Assembly: GCA_044449065.1 (NCBI GenBank)
Contig: JBIOHP010000004.1
Location: 141,884-205,883, forward strand
Source of the DNA: Bacteroidota bacterium
Lineage (GTDB): Bacteria > Bacteroidota > Ignavibacteria > UBA10030 > SZUA-254
Reading direction: 5' to 3'
Length of the DNA stretch: 64,000 nucleotides
In this document: positions 1 through 10,067 of the stretch, in pieces
Numbering within the stretch: position 1 is the first letter of the stretch
How the letters are laid out: every line of letters begins with the position of its first letter
The notes under the pieces: model-generated
What the model was told of the DNA's origin: nothing
The model's input: only the letters and a program-made list of their open reading frames with translations
Databases searched by the model: none
Position numbers and translations under genes: made by a program

Positions 1-723
1 ACCGACCACCACGACGCCTACAAAAGCATCACGGAGTCGTTCATCCATGCCGGCGGGGTGAATAAAGTACAGGTCGATTTAAAATGGATCCGCGCGGAAG
101 ATATCGAGCACGACGGCGCCGAGCCGCACCTGCGGGACATCTCCGGACTTCTGGTTGCGCCGGGTTTCGGCGAGCGGGGAATTGAGGGAAAAGTTCTTGC
201 CATACAATATGTCCGCGAACGCAATATCCCGTTCTTCGGCATCTGCCTGGGGTTGCAATGCGCGGTAATAGAATTCGCGCGCAACGTCTGCGGACTGAGC
301 CGCGCTAACAGCACCGAGTTTGTGAAAGACTGCGACCAGAATGTGATCGATATGATGTTAGAGCAAAAAAATGTCACCGCGTACGGCGGCACAATGCGGC
401 TTGGTTCCTATCCCTGCAAAATCATGAAGGGCACTAAAACCCAGAAAGCATATAAAAAAGAGCTGATCCACGAGCGCCACCGGCACCGGTATGAAGTAAA
501 CAATGCCTTTAAAGATGTACTGCAGGAAAACGGACTTACGATCAGCGGAATATGCCCAACCAATAATTTAGTCGAGATCATAGAACTTCCGACACACCCG
601 TGGTTTATTGCCGGACAGTTCCATCCTGAATTGCGCTCACGCGCAACAAACGCTCATCCCCTGTTCAGGGAGTTTGTGAAAGCTTCTGTGGATTACAGCA
701 GGAGCAAAACGCTGGAAGATTAG
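1..723 (+). CDS. pyrG: CTP synthase, C-terminal glutamine amidotransferase domain (5'-truncated by window edge)
   Basis: Frame 1 is open from base 1 (TDHHDAYKSITESFIHAG); motifs GFGERG, GICLGLQ (catalytic Cys), ERHRHRYE, QFHPE. Confidence 0.97.
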   Translation, partial: TDHHDAYKSITESFIHAGGVNKVQVDLKWIRAEDIEHDGAEPHLRDISGLLVAPGFGERGIEGKVLAIQYVRERNIPFFGICLGLQCAVIEFARNVCGLSRANSTEFVKDCDQNVIDMMLEQKNVTAYGGTMRLGSYPCKIMKGTKTQKAYKKELIHERHRHRYEVNNAFKDVLQENGLTISGICPTNNLVEIIELPTHPWFIAGQFHPELRSRATNAHPLFREFVKASVDYSRSKTLED

Positions 724-729
724 TGCGAG

Positions 730-1431
730 CTACTTCCCCACTAAAATTCTCTCGGCGAGGACGAAGGGAAGACCGATCTTGCGGATTTTTTCGGAGGCAG
801 TTTTAACATCGTAGGTCGCGCGGATATTTTCGTAGCGGTATGTCTCCGTATCGTACAAGCCGAAACTGAGCCGCGGGTCTTTATCCCGCGGTTGTCCCAC
901 GCTTCCCACATTGATGATATACCGCTTGCCGGGAAGAACTTCCTTCGTCCAGATATCTTCGCAATAGACCATCGGCTCGTGGCTGTGCCCGATAAAACAA
1001 ATCCGTTCGGAAAAAAATTCGAAATTTTTGTTCGCATTGCTGGCGGAGAGGATATAATGCCACTCATGCGGCTCAAACGGCGATGAGTGAACAAAATACA
1101 AATCCTCAATTGCGTAATCGTACGGCAGCGATTTGATGAACCTTTTGTTCTCGTCTGTTAATTGGCTTGCCGTCCACTCGGCGGCAGCACGGGCATTAGG
1201 ATTAAATGTTTGAGCAATATCCGGATTGATGATCGCTTCATCGTGATTTCCCAGGAGGATGTGCGGTGTGGTTTTCCGGACAAGGTCAACGCATTCGTTC
1301 GGGTTGGCTCCGTACCCGACCGTATCGCCAAGGCAAACAACTTCATCGACCTTTTTTTCGACAATGATGCTGAGCGCCTGTTGGAGAGCTTCAAGGTTTG
1401 AATGGATATCGGAGAGTATAGCAATGCGCAT
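730..1431 (-). CDS. Calcineurin-like metallophosphoesterase (YfcE/MJ0936-like)
   Basis: Motifs SDIHSN, LGDTVGYG, GNHD, HSS, GHSH, NVGSVGQPRD. Confidence 0.9.
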   Translation of the reverse strand: MRIAILSDIHSNLEALQQALSIIVEKKVDEVVCLGDTVGYGANPNECVDLVRKTTPHILLGNHDEAIINPDIAQTFNPNARAAAEWTASQLTDENKRFIKSLPYDYAIEDLYFVHSSPFEPHEWHYILSASNANKNFEFFSERICFIGHSHEPMVYCEDIWTKEVLPGKRYIINVGSVGQPRDKDPRLSFGLYDTETYRYENIRATYDVKTASEKIRKIGLPFVLAERILVGK

Positions 1432-1458
1432 ATTTTTAATATAGAGAAAAACTTTTCA

Positions 1459-2748
1459 TTATGTTTTTTGCTGCTTCTTTTTCGCCGCGGGGAATAATAT
1501 ATTATTCAAGATCAAGCGGTACCCCGGCGAATTTTTGTGGAGGCGCAGATCGGTCGGCGGATCGCCCACAGCGTGCTGGTAATCTTCCGGATCGTGGCCC
1601 CCGTAATATGTAAACGTGCCCCTGCCGTAATTCCCGTGAAGATATTTCACCTGGTCGGTGCCTTCTTTTTCGGCAAGAATGATCACATTTTTCTTAATGA
1701 GGTTTTTTTTAAACCCGGTCGTTTGTCCGATAAAACCCTTGATGATATTGGCATGATCCTGGGTCAACATGGTGGGGACGGGATCGTACTTCGCGGAAAA
1801 TTCAAACAGCGTAAAATAATCCGTCTCGCGGTTGATCAAATCGACTTTGTCGCTGGGCGGCTCGTCGATATCGGAATACTCGTAGCGCAGGGGATTCATC
1901 TCCAGCGTGAAATTCTCAAACGCGAGGCATTTTGAGAAATCAAGTTTTTTTTGCGCCTGCGGATCGGGCGGGTCGCCGTCGTACATCACGTCGCAGATAT
2001 CGGTATTTTCGGCAGCGAGTGCGATGTCGTAGGTATCGGTAGCGGAACACATCGAAAACACGAAGCCGCCGGAACCGATGTAATCCTTGATTTTCCTCGC
2101 CACCGCTTTCTTCAGCTCCGAAACTTTTTTATATCCTAATCTCTTCGCTTCCTTTTCGTACAATGCCTGCTGTTCAATGTACCACGGCGCCGAAGCGAAC
2201 GATGCGTAAAATTTCCCGTATTGACCGGTGAAATCTTCATGGTGAAGATGCAGCCAATCGTACTGGGCGAGCTTGCCGTTCAGCACTTCTTCATCCCAGA
2301 CTTTATCATAAGGAATTTCGGCATATTCCATTGCGAGCGTGACGGCGTCGTCCCAAGGGAGAAAATTTTTAGGAACATAGACGGCGATCTTTGGCGCTTT
2401 TTCCAGCCGGACAACATCCATATTGGTATTTTCCGCCTGCACATCGGCATAAATCTGAGCGGCTTGGGAACCCGGTTCTTCTTCAAACATGACGCCCCGA
2501 ATCCTGCATTCGGATGAAACAATATCCAACCCATCGATCATAAACGATCCGCCGCGGTAATTCAGAAGCCAATCGACGTCGATATTCTTGGTCAGCGCCC
2601 AGTAAGCGATGCCGTACGCTTTCAGGTGATCGGTTTGTTTCAGATCCATTGGAATGAGAATTTTGCCCGCATAGACGCCCGAACATGCCATCAGAGAAAT
2701 TAAAACTAAAACTGCTATTGTTCGCATCGTTACCATCGCTTTCGTCAT
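1459..2748 (-). CDS. Conserved exported Bacteroidota protein of unknown function (family often labelled 'asparagine synthetase B')
   Basis: Signal peptide; ILIPMD..QTDHLKAYGIAYW, DWLLNYRGGSF, LHLHHEDFTGQYGKFY, GGHDPEDYQH, SPGYRLILNNILFPAAKKK recognised from memory of this family; no AsnB catalytic motifs. Confidence 0.7.
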   Translation of the reverse strand: MTKAMVTMRTIAVLVLISLMACSGVYAGKILIPMDLKQTDHLKAYGIAYWALTKNIDVDWLLNYRGGSFMIDGLDIVSSECRIRGVMFEEEPGSQAAQIYADVQAENTNMDVVRLEKAPKIAVYVPKNFLPWDDAVTLAMEYAEIPYDKVWDEEVLNGKLAQYDWLHLHHEDFTGQYGKFYASFASAPWYIEQQALYEKEAKRLGYKKVSELKKAVARKIKDYIGSGGFVFSMCSATDTYDIALAAENTDICDVMYDGDPPDPQAQKKLDFSKCLAFENFTLEMNPLRYEYSDIDEPPSDKVDLINRETDYFTLFEFSAKYDPVPTMLTQDHANIIKGFIGQTTGFKKNLIKKNVIILAEKEGTDQVKYLHGNYGRGTFTYYGGHDPEDYQHAVGDPPTDLRLHKNSPGYRLILNNILFPAAKKKQQKT

Positions 2749-4679
2749 AAAGAATCACCGCGCAACTCGCGAATTTGTTTTCGCGCTTCGCTGATATAAA
2801 TAGAATTTGGAAATCGCTGCAAGAGCGCTTCGTATGCTGCAATCGCTTTCGCTTTATCGTTCAACCCCGCGGCATAAATACGGGCTTCTTTCATGATCGC
2901 TTTATCAAGAACGATACTCTCGGGATAATTTTTTATGAGCGTATCGTAATTCGCGACTGCCTCGGGGTACCGTTTCATGATGGTGAGCAGGTCGCCCATA
3001 TTCATCAATGCTTCATCGACAACGCCGGCGGTGGGATAATTTTTCTTCACCAGCTCGTATTGCGCCAGCGCTTCCGCATATTTTCGCTGATGCTGCTGGA
3101 GGTCGGCTTTGGAATACTCTTTCAGCGCCGCTGAATCTGCTTTCAAATTTTCCTGGAGAAACAGAAGAATCTCTATCGCGTCGTTGGTAATATCGGCAGA
3201 TGCGTTTTTCGTTAAATCCTGAAATTTCAGGATAGCTTCGGAAAATTTGCCGTTGAAATACAACAATTCCGCGAGATTATATGACGCTTTATCCTGCAAA
3301 TCCCTCGTTACGGTGCGGAATTCAAGCACCGATCCGTACGCTCCTTTCGCCTTATCGAGATCGCCCATCGTTAGATAGACGTCGCCCGAAAGAAGCTGTG
3401 CATCCATTACGACAGGAATGAACCCGGCGTATTTCGTTCGGATGTTCTCCAGGGCTGAATGCGCCTCATTGAGATTATCGAACCGGTTATACATCATCCG
3501 CGCAATCTGCAAGAGCGAACGGGCTGCAATTTCGGTTCCGGGATAATCGGCGACAATTTTTTTATACTCCGCAACAGCGCCCGTAAAACCAGGCTGCGCC
3601 TCGTTCGCGGGTTTGCTGTTCTCGTAAAAAGGATTTTGATCGCCAAAAAGGTTCAGCGTGTCACGCGTTGCGCCGGATTCTTCAAGAGCCCGCGCGTACC
3701 CGAATTTCACCTGCGGCATCATATTGAACTTGGGGTATGTTGTAATAACATACTGGAACGCTCGCGCCGCGGTCGCGTAGGCGCGTTCCTTCAATGCCCG
3801 CTCGCCGAAATTTTCCATTTCGAGCCCGGCCGCTTTCATTTTATCGTCGATCTGCTTAAACACGTCGAACGACGTATCGAAATTCTTCCCTTCCATGTAG
3901 AGCCAGCCGAGAAGACTCAGCACGAGGATGTTATCGGGTTCAAGTTTGGAGCGTTCTTCCACAACTTTGGTTGCCGCTGCGAGACCATCTGGCCTGCCGG
4001 TATAATAGGAAATGCGCGATTGAACATAACTCATTTGCATGACGTCATTTTTCAGCAGGTTCAAATACTCGCGCGTCGCTTCGGTGTAATTCAGCACCAT
4101 CGTATAGAGATAGGCAAGATCGCTCGTAAATAAATCGCCGTTGCCGATTGCCGTTCTGCCGCGCAGGTACATTTTGATCGCCTTATCGAACAACCTGCTT
4201 TCCAACATCGCGCTGCAAACCACGCGATACGTCGCCTCGCTCTTCGGTGAGCTTGCGATTGCCCGCTCCCAGAGTTCATCCGCTTTCGTTTCGTTGGAAT
4301 TAAGATTATACACCCTTCCTAATTGGGAAAGAAGCGTGATATCATCCGGTTGGAGGGCGAGCCGTCTATTGATAAGCGTGATAGCGTCGTCGTACCGCTT
4401 CAGTTGCAAATACATTCTCCGCAGCGCATCGAAGACAATATAATTTGTAGAATCTGCAGCGTACATGGTTTCATAAAATTTTGTTGCGGCTTCGTAATCC
4501 CCGCTCCGTTCGTAGCTCTGGGCAAGCCGGTATTTAATATCCGTATCCTGCCCTTGAGCCCTGCAGTAAAAATTTCCGGCGAAGAGGAAGATCGGCAAAA
4601 GAATGGCTATTTTCAATATTTTGGGCATATAGTATAGATACAACAAATAAACACTATCCACAAGTTCGTTTTTGGTCAA
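2745..4679 (-). CDS. Exported tetratricopeptide-repeat protein (true start probably about 4627, MPKILK)
   Basis: Signal peptide followed by many TPR-like helical repeats; stop overlaps the next gene's start (ATGA at 2745-2748). Confidence 0.85.
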   Translation of the reverse strand: MTKNELVDSVYLLYLYYMPKILKIAILLPIFLFAGNFYCRAQGQDTDIKYRLAQSYERSGDYEAATKFYETMYAADSTNYIVFDALRRMYLQLKRYDDAITLINRRLALQPDDITLLSQLGRVYNLNSNETKADELWERAIASSPKSEATYRVVCSAMLESRLFDKAIKMYLRGRTAIGNGDLFTSDLAYLYTMVLNYTEATREYLNLLKNDVMQMSYVQSRISYYTGRPDGLAAATKVVEERSKLEPDNILVLSLLGWLYMEGKNFDTSFDVFKQIDDKMKAAGLEMENFGERALKERAYATAARAFQYVITTYPKFNMMPQVKFGYARALEESGATRDTLNLFGDQNPFYENSKPANEAQPGFTGAVAEYKKIVADYPGTEIAARSLLQIARMMYNRFDNLNEAHSALENIRTKYAGFIPVVMDAQLLSGDVYLTMGDLDKAKGAYGSVLEFRTVTRDLQDKASYNLAELLYFNGKFSEAILKFQDLTKNASADITNDAIEILLFLQENLKADSAALKEYSKADLQQHQRKYAEALAQYELVKKNYPTAGVVDEALMNMGDLLTIMKRYPEAVANYDTLIKNYPESIVLDKAIMKEARIYAAGLNDKAKAIAAYEALLQRFPNSIYISEARKQIRELRGDSL

Positions 4680-4751
4680 TATTTAATGTAAGAAGCCCTG
4701 AGGAAAAAAGCGATTAAAAAGACGAATTATGAGGATGAATACATGGTATGG

Positions 4752-5043
4752 GTAGGCACAGGCTTTAGCCTGCGAGATTAGCAGGGATTCGCAACCTGAA
4801 GGTTACGGCTGGGGGGTCTCAATGGCTTGGGTTCTCCTTCAGATCGCGGACAGGATGTGTAAAAGGCACCACGATCCTGCCTACTCCTGACCCGCCATGT
4901 GGCGGGGTCTTGATGTTTTTTATCGAGGGGACGGGCGCATAGCGATACGATGCCTCCGGCATCGTAAAATTTCTAATCTAATCATCTATAAATGTTTTAT
5001 CCCTTCCGGATAAATACGGTGGTTAGAGATGCCAAAGGCATCT
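4752..5043. repeat. Cluster of short REP-like palindromes
   Basis: GTAGGCACAGGC-TTTA-GCCTGCG (4752-4774) with an inverted partner at 4790-4810; hairpins at 4889-4909, 4946-4966 and 5027-5043. Confidence 0.7.
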
Positions 5044-5066
5044 AAGGTTTCTAGAACAGTACAGAT

Positions 5067-7712
5067 CTATCGTTTCTTCAATGCATGGGAAAGATAGAGA
5101 ACACCTGTGCGCGAAACTTTTACCCAGTATGCTCTGCCCGGCTCGATGAATGGCGACGGGGCATATCCGCCGCCGTCATAAATGAAATATCCCGCCTGCA
5201 CAATTCCGGAAGGGGAGCTGGTAATCAACGCCGCATCGATCGTATCGGTCATGGAGCCGATCATGTTCCATCCCTTCACAACGGCAAAAGTATCCGATTT
5301 TATTGCCAGGCCTGTCACCGGTATCGTGGCGGTATCGGAAAATTTTACCCAGCACCCCGCACCGTTATAGATGGAATCGGTTCGCGCGTAACCCGAATCA
5401 TAAATAAACGCCTTGGAAATCGCGCCGGGAAATACCGAAGCCAAACTGTGGTCATATTTTTTCACGGAAAGCGAAACCATGTTCCATTTTTTCTGCACCG
5501 ATAACGGAAGAGTGACCGGTGGAATAGGAGCAACATTAAGATTATCGATATACCAACCGTCCGCCGTTATGCCGGAGCCGGTCATCAGCCGGAACCGGAA
5601 CGCGACAGTATCCCCGGCATAGGCGGAGAGATCCAATCGTTCCTGCACCCAATCGGCCGGGTCGGCTGTTCCATCCTGCCACTGCGGCTGGGCATTCCAG
5701 TTGTATGCCTTGAGGGTGGTAAACGACTTGCGGTGATTCGTGCTGATTTCAACGATGCAATAATTTCCGGGCCGCACGATGGCAATGTCGTTGAACCGCA
5801 TTTCATAATCGGGGTTGAGGAGAATTGCCGGCGTCATAAAATACGTATTCGATGATGGCGCATAATTTCCATGCGGCGAATCGGTAATGCAGGATAACCC
5901 GCTATCGGCAATGCTTGAAGTGGTATCCCATGTTCCCGTTCGATACACGGGACCGGCGCCGTTCTCAAAATCATAATGCAAACCTTTTATCAAACCGGCG
6001 CATCCCAGGATAGAATCCGAAGGGGCGCTGAACTGCGCAGGCGCATCGCCATTTTTTGTGAAGAGCCGGTAATAATGATACCCCTGGGTGGAATCGAAGT
6101 ATGAACGGAATTGACCGGTATCGGGAGACGATTGAGCAATGCTATCCAGTACGATCCCCTCGCGATAAATATAGATGAACGCCATGTCGTTTAACGGAGT
6201 GTTATCGGTTTGTCTTGACGGATTTTTCCACCAGAGTGTAATGCCCGCAACTGAATCCGTTTCCGCAATTGATGTTGGCGGATTCGGGACGCCGCTGCCT
6301 CCGGCATACGCGCTTGCGGAATTCAGACTGCTGGAATCTGTTGATGTTATTGCGCGAAAATAATACGTGTATTTCTGATGGAGCGTGAGATTGGAATCCA
6401 CATACGCTTGTTCCCCGGAATCTACGTCGGCAAGGAACGCCGCGTCGCGGTAAATTCTGATTTTGAAATTGGTCAGGCGCGATCCGCCCACGGTCGAATC
6501 AGGGTCGATCCATGACAGCATTATTTTTGCAGGCGTCAGGTAATCGCTGTAGGCGCTCAATGCCTTTGGAACCCGTGGCGCGCCTTTATGCAGCGTGAAG
6601 GCGATATTCATCAGCGCTCCCCCACCTCCGTACGCTCCCATATCGTTGCGCAATGTTCCCATCGAAGGAAACAACGCATAACCGGGATTCGCGGGGTCTT
6701 CAACATCATTATAGAGCGGATTCGGATCGCCGGCGTCTTTGCATGGCGATCCCGCATAAAAGTAGTAACTCGTATCGGTAAAAAGGGGATCCGCGTTTAT
6801 ATCTCCTGCGCCGATATATCCCCCTTGCACGTCGCAATAACTCACGGCTGCCCCGCCGGCAGAGATGCTGATCTGCGGGCTTGTGGAAGCCGTGTTTCCC
6901 CAGATGATATTATTCCGGAGCGTCATGGAGGTGGAACCGATGCTCACGCCGCCGCCATCAAGCGCGGATGAATTTTCAGCGATGGTGTTGTTCTCGACAA
7001 TTTTCGGGGCAGGACCGTTTGCATACGACCAGACGCCGCTGCCGCCGTAATCCTGTCCTCCGGTGTTCTTCACGATGACATTATTTTTGATGATCGCGCC
7101 CGTATAGTTCAACACAACGCCGCCGCCATAGCGTCCATCGTTTTGCATGATGATGTTGTTGAGAATGCGGGGATTCCCGTCGCTGCATCGTATGCCTCCG
7201 CCGCCGGCGCTGGAGACTCCCGCTCTATTATTCGCCGTGTTATTGATGATGAGATTGTTGCGAATCGTGGGGGAGGTGTAATCGGTTAATATTCCTCCCC
7301 CTTCCCTATAGTAAATAAAATTATGATGATCCTGCCATAGAGTGCCGGTTCCGCCCGTAAGAGTGAATCCTTCCAGAACGCTCGTTGAATCTTCGCCGGT
7401 AATAAATAACACAACGCTTGCTCTGTTTGCGTTCGCAGGCGCACTGCCATCGATGATGGTTTTTACAATGTACGCTGGGTTCGGATCGAGCAGGTAATTG
7501 CTCGCCACGATAATTTTCTTGCCGAGAAAATTAATATTTTCCACATACCTCCCCGTGTCGACGAGAACGGTATCCCCATCGACGGTAAAATTTATTGCGG
7601 TTTGAATTGATGGTGTTTGCGAGGGAACCCTGATAATTGTACCATACATACATAGGGGAAAGAATGTCAGGAAGAACAATACAACCACTAAATTTTTTGG
7701 CACGGTAATCAC
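5067..7712 (-). CDS. Large secreted multidomain protein (right-handed beta-helix, two FN3-like repeats, jelly-roll domain, C-terminal GWN-motif repeats)
   Basis: GTG start and signal peptide; GGGI/NNLIINN beta-helix repeats; two LSWIDP/LWWKNP..NDG-type FN3-like units; ADGWYIDNL; KKWNMVSL and KGWNMIG repeats. Confidence 0.8.
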   Translation of the reverse strand: MITVPKNLVVVLFFLTFFPLCMYGTIIRVPSQTPSIQTAINFTVDGDTVLVDTGRYVENINFLGKKIIVASNYLLDPNPAYIVKTIIDGSAPANANRASVVLFITGEDSTSVLEGFTLTGGTGTLWQDHHNFIYYREGGGILTDYTSPTIRNNLIINNTANNRAGVSSAGGGGIRCSDGNPRILNNIIMQNDGRYGGGVVLNYTGAIIKNNVIVKNTGGQDYGGSGVWSYANGPAPKIVENNTIAENSSALDGGGVSIGSTSMTLRNNIIWGNTASTSPQISISAGGAAVSYCDVQGGYIGAGDINADPLFTDTSYYFYAGSPCKDAGDPNPLYNDVEDPANPGYALFPSMGTLRNDMGAYGGGGALMNIAFTLHKGAPRVPKALSAYSDYLTPAKIMLSWIDPDSTVGGSRLTNFKIRIYRDAAFLADVDSGEQAYVDSNLTLHQKYTYYFRAITSTDSSSLNSASAYAGGSGVPNPPTSIAETDSVAGITLWWKNPSRQTDNTPLNDMAFIYIYREGIVLDSIAQSSPDTGQFRSYFDSTQGYHYYRLFTKNGDAPAQFSAPSDSILGCAGLIKGLHYDFENGAGPVYRTGTWDTTSSIADSGLSCITDSPHGNYAPSSNTYFMTPAILLNPDYEMRFNDIAIVRPGNYCIVEISTNHRKSFTTLKAYNWNAQPQWQDGTADPADWVQERLDLSAYAGDTVAFRFRLMTGSGITADGWYIDNLNVAPIPPVTLPLSVQKKWNMVSLSVKKYDHSLASVFPGAISKAFIYDSGYARTDSIYNGAGCWVKFSDTATIPVTGLAIKSDTFAVVKGWNMIGSMTDTIDAALITSSPSGIVQAGYFIYDGGGYAPSPFIEPGRAYWVKVSRTGVLYLSHALKKR

Positions 7713-7729
7713 CTTGTTAGGATATTGAG

Positions 7730-7813
7730 ATAGTATGTTTGAGGAAAAAATATGTAAAAAAAGGCCGCATTACAAGGATTTTGCGACCAGCACTATGCAG
7801 GATGCGACGAACA
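7730..7813 (-). promoter_or_regulatory. Sigma70 promoter plus upstream LytTR-type direct repeat for the 881-aa secreted protein gene
   Basis: On the minus strand TTTACA (7758-7753), 17 bp, TACTAT (7735-7730); direct repeat tgcgaccagca (7782-7792) / tgcgacgaaca (7803-7813) with a 21-bp period. Confidence 0.6.
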
Positions 7814-7860
7814 GAGTCCTGATGACGATGAAAAATCGGGTTTAGAGAAGAAAAGGAGAG

Positions 7861-8625
7861 CTACTTATTCAGGATTGATAACACTTTCTCGCGGTAGGTT
7901 CTTCCCATCGTGAGTTTTACCCCGTTGTGAAGGACGACGGCATAATCGCCGCGATATAACGGTTGAAGTTCTTTTATCCGGTCGATGTTCACAATCGTGG
8001 ATCGGTGAATGCGTATGAAGGTTGCCGGATCGAGACTGTGGTCCATGTCGTTCATCGTTTGGCGGATGAGATATTTTTCACCGCGGGTATGAACCCACAC
8101 ATAATCGCCAGCCGCCTGCACCCAATCGATTTCCTTCATTTCGACGAAAAAAATTCTTTTCGCCGTTTTGATGAGAAGACGGCGCGCGGGTTCTTCCCTC
8201 GATTTTAGCGACATGATAAGATCGTAGAATTTTTCATTAATCTCCGACGTCGCATGGAGCCGGAGATTATTCCGCGCACGCTCGATGGCGTTTTTGAATC
8301 GTTCGGGGTCGATGGGTTTGAGGAGATAATCGAGAGCGTGAACATTGAACGCTTCGACTGCGTATTCATTGAACGCGGTTATGAAAATGATCGCGGGATT
8401 GTGATCGAGGGGCAATTCCTGGAGAATTTCAAATCCATCCATTTCCGGCAGTTCGATATCGAGAAAAATAAGATCGGGAAAATGTTTTTTAACCAATTCG
8501 ATCGCCGTAAATCCATCGCCGCTTTCGCCGATGAGTTGGATGTCTTTCTCGCGCAGCAAAAGTTGTTTAATTCCTTCGCGCGCCAGCGGCTCGTCATCAA
8601 CTATTAATGCTTTAATCTTTGGCAT
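7861..8625 (-). CDS. LytTR-family response regulator
   Basis: REC domain (VDDE, FLDIE, TA, YLLKP) plus LytTR domain (FIRIHRSTIVN, GRTY). Confidence 0.95.
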   Translation of the reverse strand: MPKIKALIVDDEPLAREGIKQLLLREKDIQLIGESGDGFTAIELVKKHFPDLIFLDIELPEMDGFEILQELPLDHNPAIIFITAFNEYAVEAFNVHALDYLLKPIDPERFKNAIERARNNLRLHATSEINEKFYDLIMSLKSREEPARRLLIKTAKRIFFVEMKEIDWVQAAGDYVWVHTRGEKYLIRQTMNDMDHSLDPATFIRIHRSTIVNIDRIKELQPLYRGDYAVVLHNGVKLTMGRTYREKVLSILNK

Positions 8626-8638
8626 AATCGTTCAAGGT

Positions 8639-9733
8639 TTATTTCGCGATCCGGTATGCCGTCGTGTGATACGGTATAGCAAGAGCTGTAAGAAAACCGC
8701 CCTCCGGAAGATCATGTGCTTCAAACTGTTGCTGCGCTCCGTAATATTGTTCAAGCCGCGAGCGAACATTGGTAAATCCGATTCCTTCGGTGATGTTGGC
8801 GCCCTTAGTTCCAGGACCGTTATCCTGAACGCGGAGACGAATGTAACCGTTTTGACGCTCGGCTGTTATTTCAATTGTTGTTGTTTCTCGCTGTTTTGCG
8901 GCGCCATGCCGCATCGCATTTTCCACCAGCGGCTGCAGAATCATTGTCGGTACAAATGCATTGAGTGAAGATTCGTCGATATTGAGTTTCATCTGAAGCC
9001 GGTCTTCAAAGCGGATCTTTTCAATCTGGAGATACAGGTCAAGAAAATCCATTTCCTCCGCAAGGGTCACTTCTTCCTTCTGCTCGCGATCAAGCGTCAT
9101 GCGCAGGAATTCGCTTAACCGCACAATCATCTGCCTTGCGCTTTCGGGATTTTTCTCGATAAGCACCGAGATGGCATTCAGCGTATTAAACAGGAAGTGC
9201 GGTTTGATTTGCATTTTTAATGCCTGAAGCTGCGCCTGGATCAACTGAGTTTCTAACTTCGCGCTCCGGAGCGAATGCTCGCGCGATTGGCGGTAATAGG
9301 AGAGGGAAAAATCCAGGAGGATCACAGACCAGTACACCATCGCGCCATAATCGATGTACGAAAACAGCACCTGAAAAATATTTTGAAAAGAAAAAGGATT
9401 TTGAGTCGTGGCTTCCAGCGACATGGAAATCAAATGGAAGCTGAATTTATGGAACACCGCCACGATGATACTCATTGCGAGATGGAACAATCCGTGCTTG
9501 ACCCATATTTTTGGACCGAAGGAAAAATGCCGCCCGAGATAAAGAATTCCGGGCGTGAGCAGCGCCCACAGATAGGCATAGATCAATTCCCGTTCAAGCG
9601 CCAGCCAGAACGAAACCGTGTGACCTTCGCGGGCAAGAAGCACATACGACTGGATACCCATCAGCCAGCCGAAGATACTCCATCCCACAAAAATAACAAG
9701 CCATTTTCGTTTTAAGAGATCAGGTATCGGCAT
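8639..9733 (-). CDS. LytS/YehU-family membrane sensor histidine kinase
   Basis: Four N-terminal TM helices; LKMQIKPHFLFNTLN, LQPLVENAMRHG, VQDNGPG, GIGFTNVRSRL. Confidence 0.95.
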   Translation of the reverse strand: MPIPDLLKRKWLVIFVGWSIFGWLMGIQSYVLLAREGHTVSFWLALERELIYAYLWALLTPGILYLGRHFSFGPKIWVKHGLFHLAMSIIVAVFHKFSFHLISMSLEATTQNPFSFQNIFQVLFSYIDYGAMVYWSVILLDFSLSYYRQSREHSLRSAKLETQLIQAQLQALKMQIKPHFLFNTLNAISVLIEKNPESARQMIVRLSEFLRMTLDREQKEEVTLAEEMDFLDLYLQIEKIRFEDRLQMKLNIDESSLNAFVPTMILQPLVENAMRHGAAKQRETTTIEITAERQNGYIRLRVQDNGPGTKGANITEGIGFTNVRSRLEQYYGAQQQFEAHDLPEGGFLTALAIPYHTTAYRIAK

Positions 9734-10067
9734 CGGTTTTAACTTTTTTTGCTTGGGTGTTTTATGCGCTTGTCAGAATACATCTTGGATCGAACCTACA
9801 AAACATACAAAATAATTTTTTAAAAACATATTTCGGTCCGGTTCTGGTGACATGCGCCACATTCTCATAGTATACCGCTCCCGGATTGACAACAGAGCAT
9901 TATTTCTTTATTTTTATGAGGTGCGGTCGGTTCGCTTGCAGAATATCCACACCGATAACTATAACAGTTTCAAGCGATTATGCTCATAAATGCAACCCTA
10001 AAACAAATCGTCATTCTAATAAAATCACTCAATCGGCGAGCTTCGTCAGCAGCCGCGAGATGACAAG

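Noticed and set aside
4986-5069. Stop-codon read-through (TAG) restoring a T9SS domain
   Set aside because: The downstream frame gives 26 codons with no CTD similarity before another TAG
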